Origin: Torpedo marmorata
Taxonomy: Eukaryota
Direction of reading: 5' to 3'
DNA: 64,000 nucleotides
Assembly: GCA_977017645.1 (NCBI GenBank)
Contig: OZ360223.1
Location: forward strand, 131,254,001 to 131,318,000
A program made the translations under genes and the position numbers. Position 1 is the first letter of the stretch; every line of letters begins with the position of its first letter. This document shows, piece after piece, positions 12,161 to 24,140 of the stretch. The notes under the pieces were generated by a model, which saw only the letters and a list, made by a program, of their open reading frames with translations, searched no databases and was not told the DNA's origin.

Positions 12161-13032
12161 TGTTACAAAATCAAACCAGCAATGACAGAAGACGAAATGC
12201 AAAAGTGGTAAAATTGAAATTTATATTTATTAAAGACAATTAAACATATAATTTCACAACAATTAACCCCACTATAAACGTCTATAAACACTATTCTTAT
12301 CTATAAGGTGTGTGTGTGTGTGTGTGTAAAGCCCAGACCATTACAGTCTGTGCCAAACCCTCATGTAAAAATGGAAAAACTTTCCCCAAAAACCCCAGGT
12401 CAGTCATAAAAACAAGTCAGTCAAAAAAATATGTAATACAGTCCACAAAAAGTCACTCTCTAAATTCAGATTCCAAATTCAGCTCTGTGTACTGGTAGAA
12501 GGACTTTTCAATGAACGTTGGAGAGAGACAATGACTGTTTATGCTTACGAATACATGGCTTGTTTTTTTCTTCTCTGATGACTTTCCCTTTTGGTAGAGA
12601 TTCACGAGGATTGCGACTCCAAATCAGTATGCCACTGATTGAGGCGTGTGCTTGGATCTCACAGCTGGTCTCGCTGATCTCACACCTGTTCTCCACAAAA
12701 GTTGCTTTAACTCAGGATTTCTCTGAGACAGGAGGCCATGTGCTATCCTTCCAGCCTTTTCCCCTGGGATGCACAAGCCTGGATTTGGCTGTGTTTTCTA
12801 GCCTTTGCAACTCCAAACTGCCTGCTTTTTGCAGAGGTCTGCACCTGCTTTTGCAAAAGTGTAACAAAGTATCTTTTCCACAGCCTGTCTCTCTCTGCTC
12901 TCTCTCTCTCTGGGTACACCAAGTCCTGGGCAAGTTAACACTTTCAGTACCTGGTCCCAGTGTGTACTCCAAAAGACTTCATCCTTCCTGCTGACCATCC
13001 GCAGTCCAAATGGTCAGTCATGGTCCATAACA
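12161..13032 (-). repeat. 3' LTR
   Basis: 872 bp, TGTTAC...ATAACA. About 22 substitutions (counted by eye, ~2.5%) versus the other LTR. Contains (TG)n and (TC)n tracts. Confidence 0.96.
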
Positions 13033-13044
13033 CCTCCCACCCAC
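13033..13044 (-). promoter_or_regulatory. Polypurine tract
   Basis: GTGGGTGGGAGG directly abuts the 3' LTR on the minus strand. Confidence 0.8.
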
Positions 13045-13164
13045 AAAGAAAATTTTGGTCTGCAAGAAAAAAATTTTGGAAATTAATTGAGGTGTCACAA
13101 TATAAACAAAATCTACAGTGTTCATCCACAAATACAAAATATGAACTATTTTCATTGATAAAGT

Positions 13165-15720
13165 TTAACATCTAGAAAGACAATCAGCAATTACATTATC
13201 TTTCCCTTTTATATGTGTTATTACCAAATCATATTCTTGCAAAATTAGACTCCAATTCAACAACCGTCGATTCTTATTTTTCATTTTACAAAGAAAAACC
13301 AATGGATTATAGTCAGTATACACTAGGAGTGGTTTTTGAGCTGTACAGATATAAACATCAAAGTGTTGCAGAGCCAACACAAGAGCCACAACTCTTTTTC
13401 TATGGTTGAATAATTCCTTTGATGATCATTGAACTTCTTTGAGAAGTAGGATACCGGATGGTCAATGTCCTCTTCATTCTTCTTCTGTAACAGCACCGCA
13501 TCCACAGCTTCATCGCTGGCATCCACGGCTAAAGAAAACGGCTGTTCTAAATTAGGTGACTTAAGCACAGGTTGGTGGCATAACATGGCTTTCAATTTGA
13601 CAAATGCTTCCTGACAACCTGTCGACCATACAAATTTTTCTCCCTTTCTAAGCAAATTTGTGAGAGGGAGCGCAAGATCAGCAAAGTTTTTACAGAACTT
13701 GCGGTAGTAGCCAATCATTCCCAGGAACCTCCTCAGAGTTTTCTTACCAGTTGAAACAGGGAACTCGGAAATAGTCACAACCTTTTCCTCTACTGGCGCC
13801 AACTTCCCCTGTCTTACTACATAACTCAGAGAATTAACAGTCCCATGACCCTCTCTGAAACTGGTTTTATCTGTCTCCTCCTTACCCCTGTCAATAACCA
13901 GCACCTCTGGTAAATGTTCAGTCTCTTTTTTCGGCACTTGTTCAAAATATGGCTTAATCATATTCACATGACAGACCTGTGTGTCTCGTCTGTGATTAGG
14001 TGTTACTATGACATAGGTGACATCATTAATTTTTGACTTAACTCTATAGGGTCCTGAAAATCTAGCCCTAAGAGGATTTGAACGGATGGGAAACAGAACT
14101 AATACGTTCTCACCAGGTTTAAAAGTTCTCATCTTAGCCTTTCGATCATACCAAACCTTCATTCTCTATTGAGTGGCCTTTAAATTCTCCTTTGCCATCT
14201 CACAAGCCCTATGTAACCGATCCTTAAATTTTGAAACATAATCTAACAGATTTAAATGCACATCACGATTAATCCACTGTTCAATTAATAATCTTAAAGG
14301 ACCTCTCACCTCATGTCCGAAAACTAACTCAAATGGACCAAGTGATTCTTGGACAGACTCCCTCACTGCAAATAACAACAAATGAACCCCCTCATCTCAA
14401 TCCTTTTCCTTTTCACAACAATAGGTTCTAATCATGTTTTTCGAAGTCGAATGGAACCTCTCCAAGGCCCCTTGACTTTCTGGATGGTACGCAGAGGATA
14501 CAATCTGTTTAACTCCTAGTCCATCAACCACTTGTTGGAAAACGCCTGACATGAAATTACTGCCCTGATCTGATTGAATTTCCCTTGGCAAACCTACCAA
14601 GGTGAAAAACTTTACCATAGCCTTTACAATTGACTTTGCTTTAATGTTTCTCAGAGGAATGGCCTCTGGAAATCTGGTGGCTGCACACATAATTGTTAAC
14701 AAATACTGCTTTGGTTTTGGGCAATGGGCCAACACAGTCCACAATCACTCTCGAGAAAGGCTCAATGAAAGCAGGGATAGGTTGCAAGGGTGCCACCGGG
14801 GGACCCTGATTAGGTTTACCCACCACCTGACAAGTGTGACAGGCCCGGCAAAAGCTTACAACCTCCCTTCTCAAACTGGGCCAGTAAAATTGTTTCATTA
14901 TCTTCCTTATAGTTTTATTTACCCCAAGGTGACCACCTAAGGGTGTACTATGAGCCAAAGTTATTATTGCATCCCTATATACTTTAGGGATCACAACCTG
15001 CTGCACTACTGCCCATTCTTCATTGGCAGGAACATCACATGGTCTCCACTTTCTCATCAACACCCCATCTTTTTCATAATAACCCACTGGCACCTTTTTA
15101 ATCTCCTCTTCAGAGAGAACCTTATCCCTCACCTCAGCAAGATCAGGATCGTCCTTTTGCCTTGCTATTAGCTCCTGTCGGGATAGTGAAAAATCTGTGC
15201 CTATAGGTGTCTTATCAGTGGATGGGTGTAACATAGGAGATTGCTCAACCTTTTCCAGGTTTTCTTGATTATCACTGTCTTTTTCTTTCACCAAGTTATT
15301 TTCCACTGCCTTCTCTACAGTGAAATTTTTCTTAGACATGGCCCTGGTTATGGCACATGCTGGATAAATATCAGAGTCTTTCTCTGACTTATCACTGACT
15401 GGCTTAGTGGTCATTCGCACTGCAGGAACTACTTTACCCTTGGCCAAGTCATTGCCTAACAACAGTGAGACTCCTTCTACTGGCAACTCTGATCTCACTC
15501 CTATTATAACAGGTCCTTCCACCAATTCTGAGTCCAACACTATTTTGTGCAAAGGAATGGACTCAACATCACCACCAATTCCTTTAATTAAATTTATGTC
15601 ACCAGTGTCAGTAGCTTAACAAAATTCCAAGACACTATCTAACACAAGTGACTGAGCAGCTCCAGTATCTCGCAAGATTTTCACTGGAACTTGTTTTGAT
15701 CCTGCCTTAACTGAAACAAA
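13165..15720 (-). pseudogene. pol: pol: protease, integrase (HHCC + DDE), truncated RT, RNase H
   Basis: LRDTGA protease; HSTPLGGHLG..CHTC; IQSDQGSNF..SAYHPESQGALER; LAVDASD..YFSKKF..YSTIEKE; NVIADCLSR. Several stops and frameshifts; no YxDD. Confidence 0.92.
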
Positions 15721-17031
15721 ACCATCAGTCACAAAAGGTTTAAATACATCTTTAACTTTGTCAGTAAATTTATCTCCTTCCTGGGTGTTATGCCTCTTCT
15801 CACTCTGAATACAAGCATTAGGTGTTGCATCCTTTTCTCTCTTCTTTTTCAACACTGGACAGCTTGCTATCATATGACCAGCCTTCCTACAGTAGTGGCA
15901 AATGGGACCCGAATGGTTTTCCCTTTTCCAGTTTCCTTCATCCCTTTCCTTAACACCACTTCCAAATTTACTTTCCACTTGCTTGGGATTATCCACAGTG
16001 ACCTTTTGGAAAATTCTACCTGACGTCCACTTAGGCTTGTGGGTTAAAGCATATTCATCTGCTAACTTAGCTGAATTTTGCCAAGTTTTCACCTCCTTTT
16101 CATCTAAGTATGCCTTAATATCCTCAGGAACACACCTTTTTATCTCCTCGATTATTATCAATTTTCTCAATTGATTGTAATCATTGTTTACTGCCTTAGA
16201 TGTGCACCACCGGTCAAAACACACAACCTTTTCATAGGCAAACTCTGTGTAAGATTGGGTTGCTGATCTTTTTAAATTTCTAAACTTCTGTCTATAAGCC
16301 TCTGGAACTAACTCATAAGCCTGGAATATAGCCTTTTTCACCATTTCATAATCAGCAGCTTGCTCCGTGGTAAGAGTAGAATAAGCTTGCTGAGCTTTTC
16401 CTTTTATTACACTTTGTAACATAAGAGACCATTGGTCTTGTGGCCATTTTAATTTCACAGCCACCTTCTCAAAATGCTGGAACTACTTATCTATTTCTGC
16501 CTCCTCAAATGGAGGAACCAACCTAACTTCTATACTAGCCAAAAACCCCTCAACAGGATGACGAATTTGATCTTGGTGCTCTTCTTGTCTCCCCTCATTT
16601 TCCAACTTTATCTTTTCCAGCATATATCTCCTATTTCTCTCATCGTTCTCGTGTCTCTTTAGTTCCAATTCTGTGTCTAATTTCTTTTGTTCCAATTCCA
16701 ATTCCAATTTCTTTTGTTCCCTGTCTGCCTCCAATTCTAATTTCTTTTGTTCCCTGGCTGCCTCCAATTTCTTTTGTTCCAATTCCAATTTCTTTATTTC
16801 CAACTGTATGTTTTCAGAAGGTTTACCCTTGGGAAACTGCTCTAACATGCTCTCCTCCAATTTTTTTTCTTTTATATAGTGTTTGACAATTTTTCTCCCA
16901 ATCTCTGCCTTTTTCATAGATAATTTTACTGAAGCAATGCCCAACCCTGTTGCTATAGCCACTAACTGTTCCTTTTTTGCATTCTTTAAAGTATCAGGTT
17001 CAGGTGATTCCAAAAAACGTTCTACATCCAT
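15721..17031 (-). pseudogene. gag: gag with coiled-coil repeat, SCAN-like capsid region and CCHC knuckle
   Basis: MDVERFLE..; KKLELEQ repeats; LVPPFEE..FEKVA..WPQDQWSLMLQ..GKAQQAY..YELVPEAYRQKFR; CHYCRKAGHMIASC. One in-frame stop near 16485. Confidence 0.9.
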
Positions 17032-17135
17032 TGTTGCTGGTTTTACGTTACACACACACTAGCTTTTAATTAGCTTTACAAAAGGAATGTCTTAAACCAA
17101 ACTGGGATTCCTTCAATTACCAAGTTGGATTTTGA

Positions 17136-17159
17136 TTCAAATCCTAGGACGAGCCCCCA
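17136..17159 (-). promoter_or_regulatory. Primer binding site (tRNA-Pro)
   Basis: TGGGGGCTCGTCCTAGGATTTGAA, 4 bp inside the 5' LTR. The canonical tRNA-Pro PBS is TGGGGGCTCGTCCGGGAT. Confidence 0.9.
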
Positions 17160-17163
17160 ATTT

Positions 17164-18036
17164 TGTTACAAAATCAAACCAGCAACGACAGAAGACGCAG
17201 TGCAAAAGGGGTAAAATTGAAATTTATATTTATTAAAGACAATTGAACATATAATTTCACAACAATTAACCCCACTATAAACGTCTATAAACACTATTCT
17301 TATCTAAAAGGTGTGTGTGTGTGTGTGTAAAGCCCAGACCATTACAGTCTGTGCCAAACCCTCATGTAAAAATGGAAAAACTTTCCCCAAAAACCCCAGG
17401 TCAGCCATAAAAACAAGTCAGTCAAAAAAATATATAATACAGTCCACAAAAATTCACTCTCTAAGTTCAGGTTCCAAATTCAGCTCTGTGTGCTGGTAGA
17501 AGGACTTTTTAATGAACGTTGGAGAGAGACAATGACTGTTTATGCTTACGAATACTTGGCTTGTTTTTTTCTTCTCTGATGACTTTCCCTTTTGGTAGAG
17601 ATTCACAAGGATTGCGACTCCAAATCAGTATGCCACTGATTGAGGCGTGTGCTTGGATCTCACAGCTGGTCTCGCTGATCTCACGCCTGTTCTCCACAAA
17701 AGTTGCTTTTAACTCAGGATTTCTCTGAGACAGGAGGCCATGTGCTATCCTTCCAGCCTTTTCCCCTGGGATGCACAAGCCTGGATTTGGCTGTGTTCTC
17801 TAGCCTTTGCAACTCCAAACTGCCTGCTTTTTGCAGAGGTCTGCACCTGCTTTTGCAAAAGTGCAACAAAGTATCTTTTCCACAGCGTGTCTCTCTCTGC
17901 TCTCTCTCTCTCTCTGGGTACACCAAGTCCTGGGCAAGTTAACTCTTTCAGTACCTGATCCCAGTGTGTACTCCAAAAGACTTCATCCTTCCTGCTGACC
18001 GTCCGCAGTCCAAATGGTCAGTCATGGTCCATAACA
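17164..18036 (-). repeat. 5' LTR
   Basis: 873-bp direct repeat of 12161-13032. Confidence 0.96.
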
Positions 18037-18275
18037 CTATCAACGTGGAAAAGGCTAAAACTTTCTCCTGAGATGCAGACAGAAGTATATTTGGTTCAAG
18101 TGAAAAACCAAACAGAGAAATTATCGGACATGGTTCTATTTTAATCTTAAAAATCGTCGATAAAGTTTGAAAAATATCTTTCCAAAATCTCTCTAAAAAT
18201 CAGTGAGGCTTCAAAAATTTTACACTTCTCACATAGTGGATCAATATCTGCATAAAAACGAGATAATTTAAGTTT

Positions 18276-19142
18276 TGTTATGGACCATGACTGACCATTT
18301 GGACTACGGATGGTCAGCAGGAACAATGACATCTTTTGAGTACACACTGGGACCAGGTACTGAAAGAGCTAACTTGCCCATGACTGGCTGTGCTCAGAGA
18401 GAGAGACACATAGAGGGAGAGACAGGCTGTGGAAAGATACTTTGTTGCATTTTTGCAAAAGCAGGTGCAAACCTCTGCAAAAAGCATTCAGTTTGGAGTT
18501 TCAAAAGGCTGAAGCAACAACACTAAAACCAGGCTTGTTCATTCCAGTAGAAAGACTGGGTTAAAATAGCACATGTCCTCTTGTATCAGCAAAGTCCTGA
18601 TATAAAGCAACTTTCGTGGAGAACAGGCGTGAGATCAGCGAGACAGGCTGTGAGATCCAAGTACACGCCTCAATCAGTGGTTATACAGATTTGGAAGACC
18701 ATCCTCGTGCACCTACCAAAAGGGAAAGTCATCAGGGAAGAAAAGCAGGCCAAGCATTCGTAAGCTTAAACAGACATTGTCCCTCTCTCCAACGTTCATT
18801 AAGAAGTCCTTCGTGCCAGTGCACAGAGCTGAATTTGGACCCTGAACATAGAGAGTGATTTTTGTGGACTGTATTTTTGGGACTGACTTATTTTTATGAC
18901 TGACCTGGGGGTTTTGGGGAAGGTTTTCTATTTTTTTTTCTTGAGGGTTGGGCACAGACTGTAATGGTCTGGGCTTTACACACACACACACACTCTATTT
19001 AGATAAGAATAGTGTTTATAGACGTTTATAGTGGGGTTGATTGTTGTGAAATTATATGTTTAATTGTCGTTAATAAATATAAATTTCAATTTTGCCCCTT
19101 TTGAATTGCGTCTTCTGTCATTGCTGGTTTGAATTTGAACCA
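18276..19142 (+). mobile_element. Solo LTR, same family, opposite orientation
   Basis: TGTTATGGACC...TTGAACCA. TSD GTTT at 18272-18275 and 19143-19146. Confidence 0.93.
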
Positions 19143-19902
19143 GTTTAGACATATGGATTCACCTTTTTCAGCCGTCTATGCTGGACGCAGGATTTAAGAA
19201 ATGGTATAGATTGGGAATTCATAGTTATAATGATCTTTTTATTCGAGATAACTTTGCCTCTTTTGAACAACTGGTAGTTAAATTTAATCTTACTAATAGA
19301 CATTTTTTTAGATATTTACAAATTAGACATTTTGTTCAGTCCAAGCTTTCAGATTTTCCTTGAATCTCAAATACCAACTTCCTCGATTCACTTTTTAACT
19401 TGCGTTTTTTTTTTCAGCGTGGATTAACATCATGCATATATAACGATTTATTGGATATAAGATCAGCCTCTATGGCGGGGATTAAGAATGGTTGGGAACG
19501 TGATTTGAATACAACATTTTCAGATGAAGATTGGTATCATACTCTTAGCTTGATTAACGCCTCTTCATTCTGTGCAAGACATTGTTTATTACAATTTAAG
19601 GTGGTACGTGGAATCCATATGTCCAAACTGAGGATTTCTGATTGTTTCGGATATCCTCATTTATCCGAAAGTTTTCAGAGGCGAAATGACGTCAAGTTAG
19701 AGAAGCAAATTTTTAAGCAAGTGCAGAGTCAGGGTAGGTTGAGAACAGTGGAGGAAAGAGTGTGGTGTGAGAGAGATTATATATAAACGGGATGATAATA
19801 TGGTAATAATGGTGATGATGGAACAAGGTATGGAAGAGGTGTAAATGATTAGAGCAGTGTCAATTGCAACACATGCAATCTAAATGCAAGCTTTTTAAAA
19901 TG

Positions 19903-20130
19903 TTTTAATTTAGACATAGAGCACAGTCACAGGCCCTTCTGGCCCACGATCCCGCCCGCCCAATTACCCCCAATTAACTGACAACCCCCATATGTTTTGA
20001 AGTGTGGGAGAAAACCGGAGCTCCCGGAGGAAACCCACGCAGATAAGGGGAGTACGTATAAATTCCTTTCAGACAGCGCTGGATTCTAACCCAGGGCGCT
20101 TGCGCTGTAATAGTGTTGCGCTAACCTCTA
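19903..20130 (-). mobile_element. HE1-like V-SINE (tRNA head, V domain, CR1 tail)
   Basis: GTGGGAGAAAACCGGAG..CCCGGAGGAAACCCACGCAG V domain; antisense A/B boxes GCGCTAACC and GGATTCTAACCC. Confidence 0.88.
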
Positions 20131-20819
20131 CAATTTTGATGAATCTCTTGCCTGCTCCCAATTTTACCCCTCATGTTAACTGAAGAAAAAACACTTGTTG
20201 GTTGAAAGATCACTTGTTGTTTCTCTCCTGCCAAGCAAGGACTAATTGATAGGGTGGGTGGATATGCCCAAGGCCGCAGTTTTTACTAATTGCTTCATGG
20301 CAGGGAAAGTGTGGAACAATTAAAGGCTCTGTAGTTAAAATGCCAAAAGACAGCTGCCACTCTGCCCACTTAATGAGCCTCTGTAACAGTGTGCATACGC
20401 CTCATTCCTGAGGCCTTAAAGACCAAGCCAGGTGAACTGTATGCAGTGCAAATTGTTTTAAGTGCAGCCCACTCTCATTCACCTGACAGAGCGGAATGCA
20501 GGCAAGATATATATCACCAATCCTGCCTCTGGGCCACAGGTGTAGCAATCAGACTTAAGGGGAAGCAAAGAGGAGCAGGGGGTGCCTTAATTACCTTGAT
20601 GTAAAGAGGAATAATATACTTTGGAAGCTCTTATTGCTCCATTTCTTGCTTTGTCCACAGTCCTGATTTACAAATCATTCTGTTTCATCCTTGGTTGCTT
20701 TAATTAAACAGTGTCACCATCTCACACTGTCCTTCCCTGCATGCGTTCATGAATCCTGCCAGATTCCCTGACAAGTAACACGCTCTCCATATTTCTGTCA
20801 AAGAATTTCTGAGAGTATA

Positions 20820-23360
20820 CCGAGTTAGGGAACTGGAGCTGGAGCTGGATGAACTCCGGATCATTCGAGAGGCAGAGAGGGTGATAGACAGGAGTTTCTG
20901 GGAGACAGTCACCCCCAAAAGTCAGGAGGCAGGTAGCTGGGTGACTGTCAGGAGAGGGAAGGGGAATAGACAGAGAGAGCAGAGCACCCCTGTGGCCGTT
21001 CCCATCAACAATAAGTATACCGTTTTGGATACTGTTGGTGGGGACGACCTACCACAGACAAGTTGTAGTGGTCACGTCTCTGGCACCGAGACTGGACCCT
21101 CAGCTCAGAAAGGAAGGAGGGAAAAGAGGAGAGCAGTAGTGATAGGGGATTCGATAGTTAGGGGGACAGATAAGAGGTTCTGTGGGAGAGATCGAGAATC
21201 CCAGATGGTATGTTGCCTCCCTGGTGCCAGGGTCCGCGATATCTCAGATCGAGTTCTCAGTATTCGTAGGAGGGAGGGTGAGCAGCCAGATGTCGTGGTC
21301 CATGTAAGGACCAATGACGTGGGTAGGAAGGGTGAGGAGGTCCTGCAAAGAGAGTTTAGGGAGTTAGGTGCAAAGTTGAAGGACGGGACCTCCAGGGTTG
21401 CAATCTCAGGAGTGCTACCCGTGCCACGTGCTAGTGAGGGTAGAAATAGGAAGTTAATGCAGCTAAATACGTGGCTAAAGAGATGGTGCAGGAGAGAGGG
21501 CTTCATGTTTCTGGACAATTGGGCTCTGTTCCAGGGAAGGTGGGACCTTTTCCGATGGGACGGTTTGCACCTGAACTGGAGGGGGACTAACATCCTTGCG
21601 GGTAGGTTTGCTAGTGCTTTTCCGGGGGGTTTAAACTAGATTGGCAGGGGGATGGGAACCAGCGTGTTAGAGTAGATAGTGAGGTGGAGGAGGATAAAGG
21701 TCATGCGAGGACTTCATGTATAGACAGAAATCAAAGGTTTGTACGTGATAGAAATGTTCTCAGGTGTATTTATTTAAATGCAAGGAGTATTGTCGGAAAG
21801 GCAGACGAGCTTAGGGTGTGGATTGGCACGTGGGATTACGACATTATTGCTATTAGTGAGACTTGGTTGCGGGAGGGGCAGGACTGGCAGCTCAATTTTG
21901 TTTCAGACGTGATAGAGGGGGAGGGATGAAAGGGGGAGGAGTGGCATTGCTAGTCAGGGAAAATATCACAGCTGTGCTTAGACAGGACAGCCCAGAGGGC
22001 TCGTCTACAGAGGCCATATGGGTGGAGCTGAGGAATGGGAAAGGTGTGACCACACTGATAGGGTTGTATTATAGACTGCCCAATAGTCAGAGAGAATTGG
22101 AGGAGCAAATCTGTAGAGAGATAGCAGACCGATGTAAGAAACAGAAAGCTGTGATAGTAGAAGATTTTAATTTTCCACATATTGACTGGGACTCCCATAC
22201 GGTAAAAGGGCTGGATGGCTTGGAGTTTGTCAAATGTGTTCAGGGAAGTTTTCTAAATCAATATATAGAGGTACCAATGAGAGAGGATGCAATACTGGAT
22301 CTCCTATTAGGGAACCAGACAGGTCAGGTGACAGAAGTATGTGCAGGTGAACATTTTTGGTTCAGTGACCATAATGTCATTAGTTTCAAGTTAATTATGG
22401 ATAAGGATAGGTCTGGTCCTCGAGTTGAGATTCTAAATTGGAGTAAGACCAATTTTGTGGAAATGAGAAAGGATCTAGGAAGAGTGGATTGGGATAAGTT
22501 GTTTTCTGGCAAGGATGTGTTCAGTAAGTGGAAGGCCTTAAAGGTGAAATTCTGAGAGTGCAGAGTTTGCATGTTCCTGTCAGGATTAAAGGCAAAGTTA
22601 ACAGGCATAGGGAACCTTGGTTTTCAAGGGTTTTGCAATCTGGTAAAGAGGAAGAGAGAGGTGTATAGCAGGTACAGGCAACAAGGAGCAAATGAGGTAC
22701 AAGAAGAGTATAGAAAATGTAAGAAAATACTTAAGAAGGAAATCAGGAAGGCAAAAAGAAGACATGAGGTTGCTTTGGCAGATAATGTGAAGGTAATCCC
22801 AAAGGGTTTCTACACGTATGTTAAGAGTAAAAAAGGATAGTAAGGGACAAAATTGGTCCCCTAGAAGATCAGAGTGGCCGTCTATGTGTGGAGCCTAAAA
22901 GAGTGCAGAGAAGATTTACTCGGATGTTGCCAAGACTTCAGGAACTGAGTTACAGGTTAGGACTTTATTCCCTGGAGCGTAGAAGAATGAGGGGAGATTT
23001 GATAGAGGTACTTAAAATTATGAGGGGTATAGACAGAGTAAATATAGGTAGGCTTTTTCCACTGAGGGTAGGTGAGATACAAACTAGAGGACATGGGTTA
23101 AGGGTGAAAGGGGAAAAGTTTAGGGGGAACATGAGGGGGAACTTCTTCACACAGAGAGTGGTGGAAGTGTGGTGAATGAGGTGGTGAATGCAGGCTCAAT
23201 TTTAACATTTAAGAAGAATTTGGACAGGTACATGGATGGGAGAGGTATGGAGGGCTATGGACTGGGTGCAGGTCAGTGGGACTAGGCAGAAAAATGGTTT
23301 GGCACAGACTAGAAGGGCCAAAGGGCCTGTTTCTGTGCTGTAATGTTCTATGGTTCTATG
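20820..23360 (+). mobile_element. CR1 with ORF1 and APE endonuclease; RT removed by an internal deletion near 22900
   Basis: ORF1 esterase motifs; ORF2 YLNARSI..ISETWL..GGGVALLV..SDHN; jumps from CVEPK to RVQRRFTRM; tail TTCTATGGTTCTATG. Confidence 0.93.
20821..21639 (+). pseudogene. CR1 ORF1 (SGNH esterase type), 5'-truncated but open
   Basis: VIGDSIVRG, CCLPGARV, VVHVRTND and DGLHLN motifs; coiled coil RVRELELELDEL upstream. Confidence 0.88.
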
Positions 23361-23859
23361 AGTGAGACTTCTATTTCAGACAATCCAATCCACAAATGAC
23401 ACAAACTTTCCCCTTTAAATTTCAGGTTTAATTTGTTAGCTTTTGAGGGAAAAATCGGGGAAGATAGAGGGGGTAGAAGTATTAGAGGAGAGAGAGGGAA
23501 AAACAGAACTCAGTAATGAATAATCTTTTTGCTTCATACGATTGGAGTAGGATATGGTTCAATTCTAATGAATAATTAGTTAAGCCTATGTCTTCCTTCT
23601 GAAGAATTTTTTCCCTGTTTACTTTTGCAGATCACTCATTGACATCAAAGCCCCAATTTCACTTCAAATGGATGAAAATCTGGACCAAACCTTCAACTGG
23701 CTCCAACTGCGAGACAGGATCTGGGGGATGATCAGCCAAATCTAGATAAGTTCTGCAACAACCTAAATATTTTAAGAGCATATTTAAACAATTAATCTCT
23801 GCAAAATGTTTATTAGAATGATTTTTCATAGGATAAAAAAGACACAAAATATGTCTGCA

Positions 23860-24140
23860 CAACCCCTGTGACGTGGAATTGATCCTGACCTCCTGAGTCG
23901 TTTTCACGGAGTTTGCATATTATCCCTGTGACCACATGAGTTTCCCCAGATACTCTGTTTTCCTCCCACATCTCAAAGATGCGCTTGTTGTATGGTTAAT
24001 TGGCCACTGTAGGGCCCTTAATGCAGGTGGATGGTTGGAGAGTCAGAGTGGAGATGATGGGCCTGTGACAGGGAATGGGTTACAGGGAAATATTTGGGAA
24101 ATGGGATTGTTGGCATAGACTTGATGATCAAATGGCATCC
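23860..24140 (+). mobile_element. Old V-SINE
   Basis: GGAGTTTGCATATTATCCCTGTGACC..GTTTCCCC..CTCTGTTTTCCTCCCACATCTCAAAGA V domain. Confidence 0.7.

Larger units (their letters stand above)
12161..18036 (-). mobile_element. Gmr1-clade Ty3/Gypsy LTR retrotransposon, internally deleted
   Basis: Paired TG..CA LTRs, TSD CTAT (12157-12160, 18037-18040), tRNA-Pro PBS, PPT, and order gag-PR-IN-(partial RT)-RNaseH. Confidence 0.96.
11633..19625 (-). mobile_element. 5'-truncated, 5'-inverted L1 hosting a Gypsy provirus and a solo LTR
   Basis: Antisense tail and 3'UTR from 11633. ORF2 C-terminus at 11975-12160, 18037-18275 and 19143-19160. Sense segment 19160-19629. TSD AACTGAGGATTTCT at 11619-11632 and 19626-19639. 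Confidence 0.9.

Noticed and set aside
12310-12998. Short ORFs recurring at 9.2-9.8, 12.3-13.0, 17.3-18.0, 18.3-19.0 and 55.6-56.0 kb
   Set aside because: They recur only because the LTR does; frames and stops differ between copies.
16673-16879. Antisense SNFFC-repeat ORF
   Set aside because: It is the mirror of the gag KKLELEQ coiled-coil repeat.
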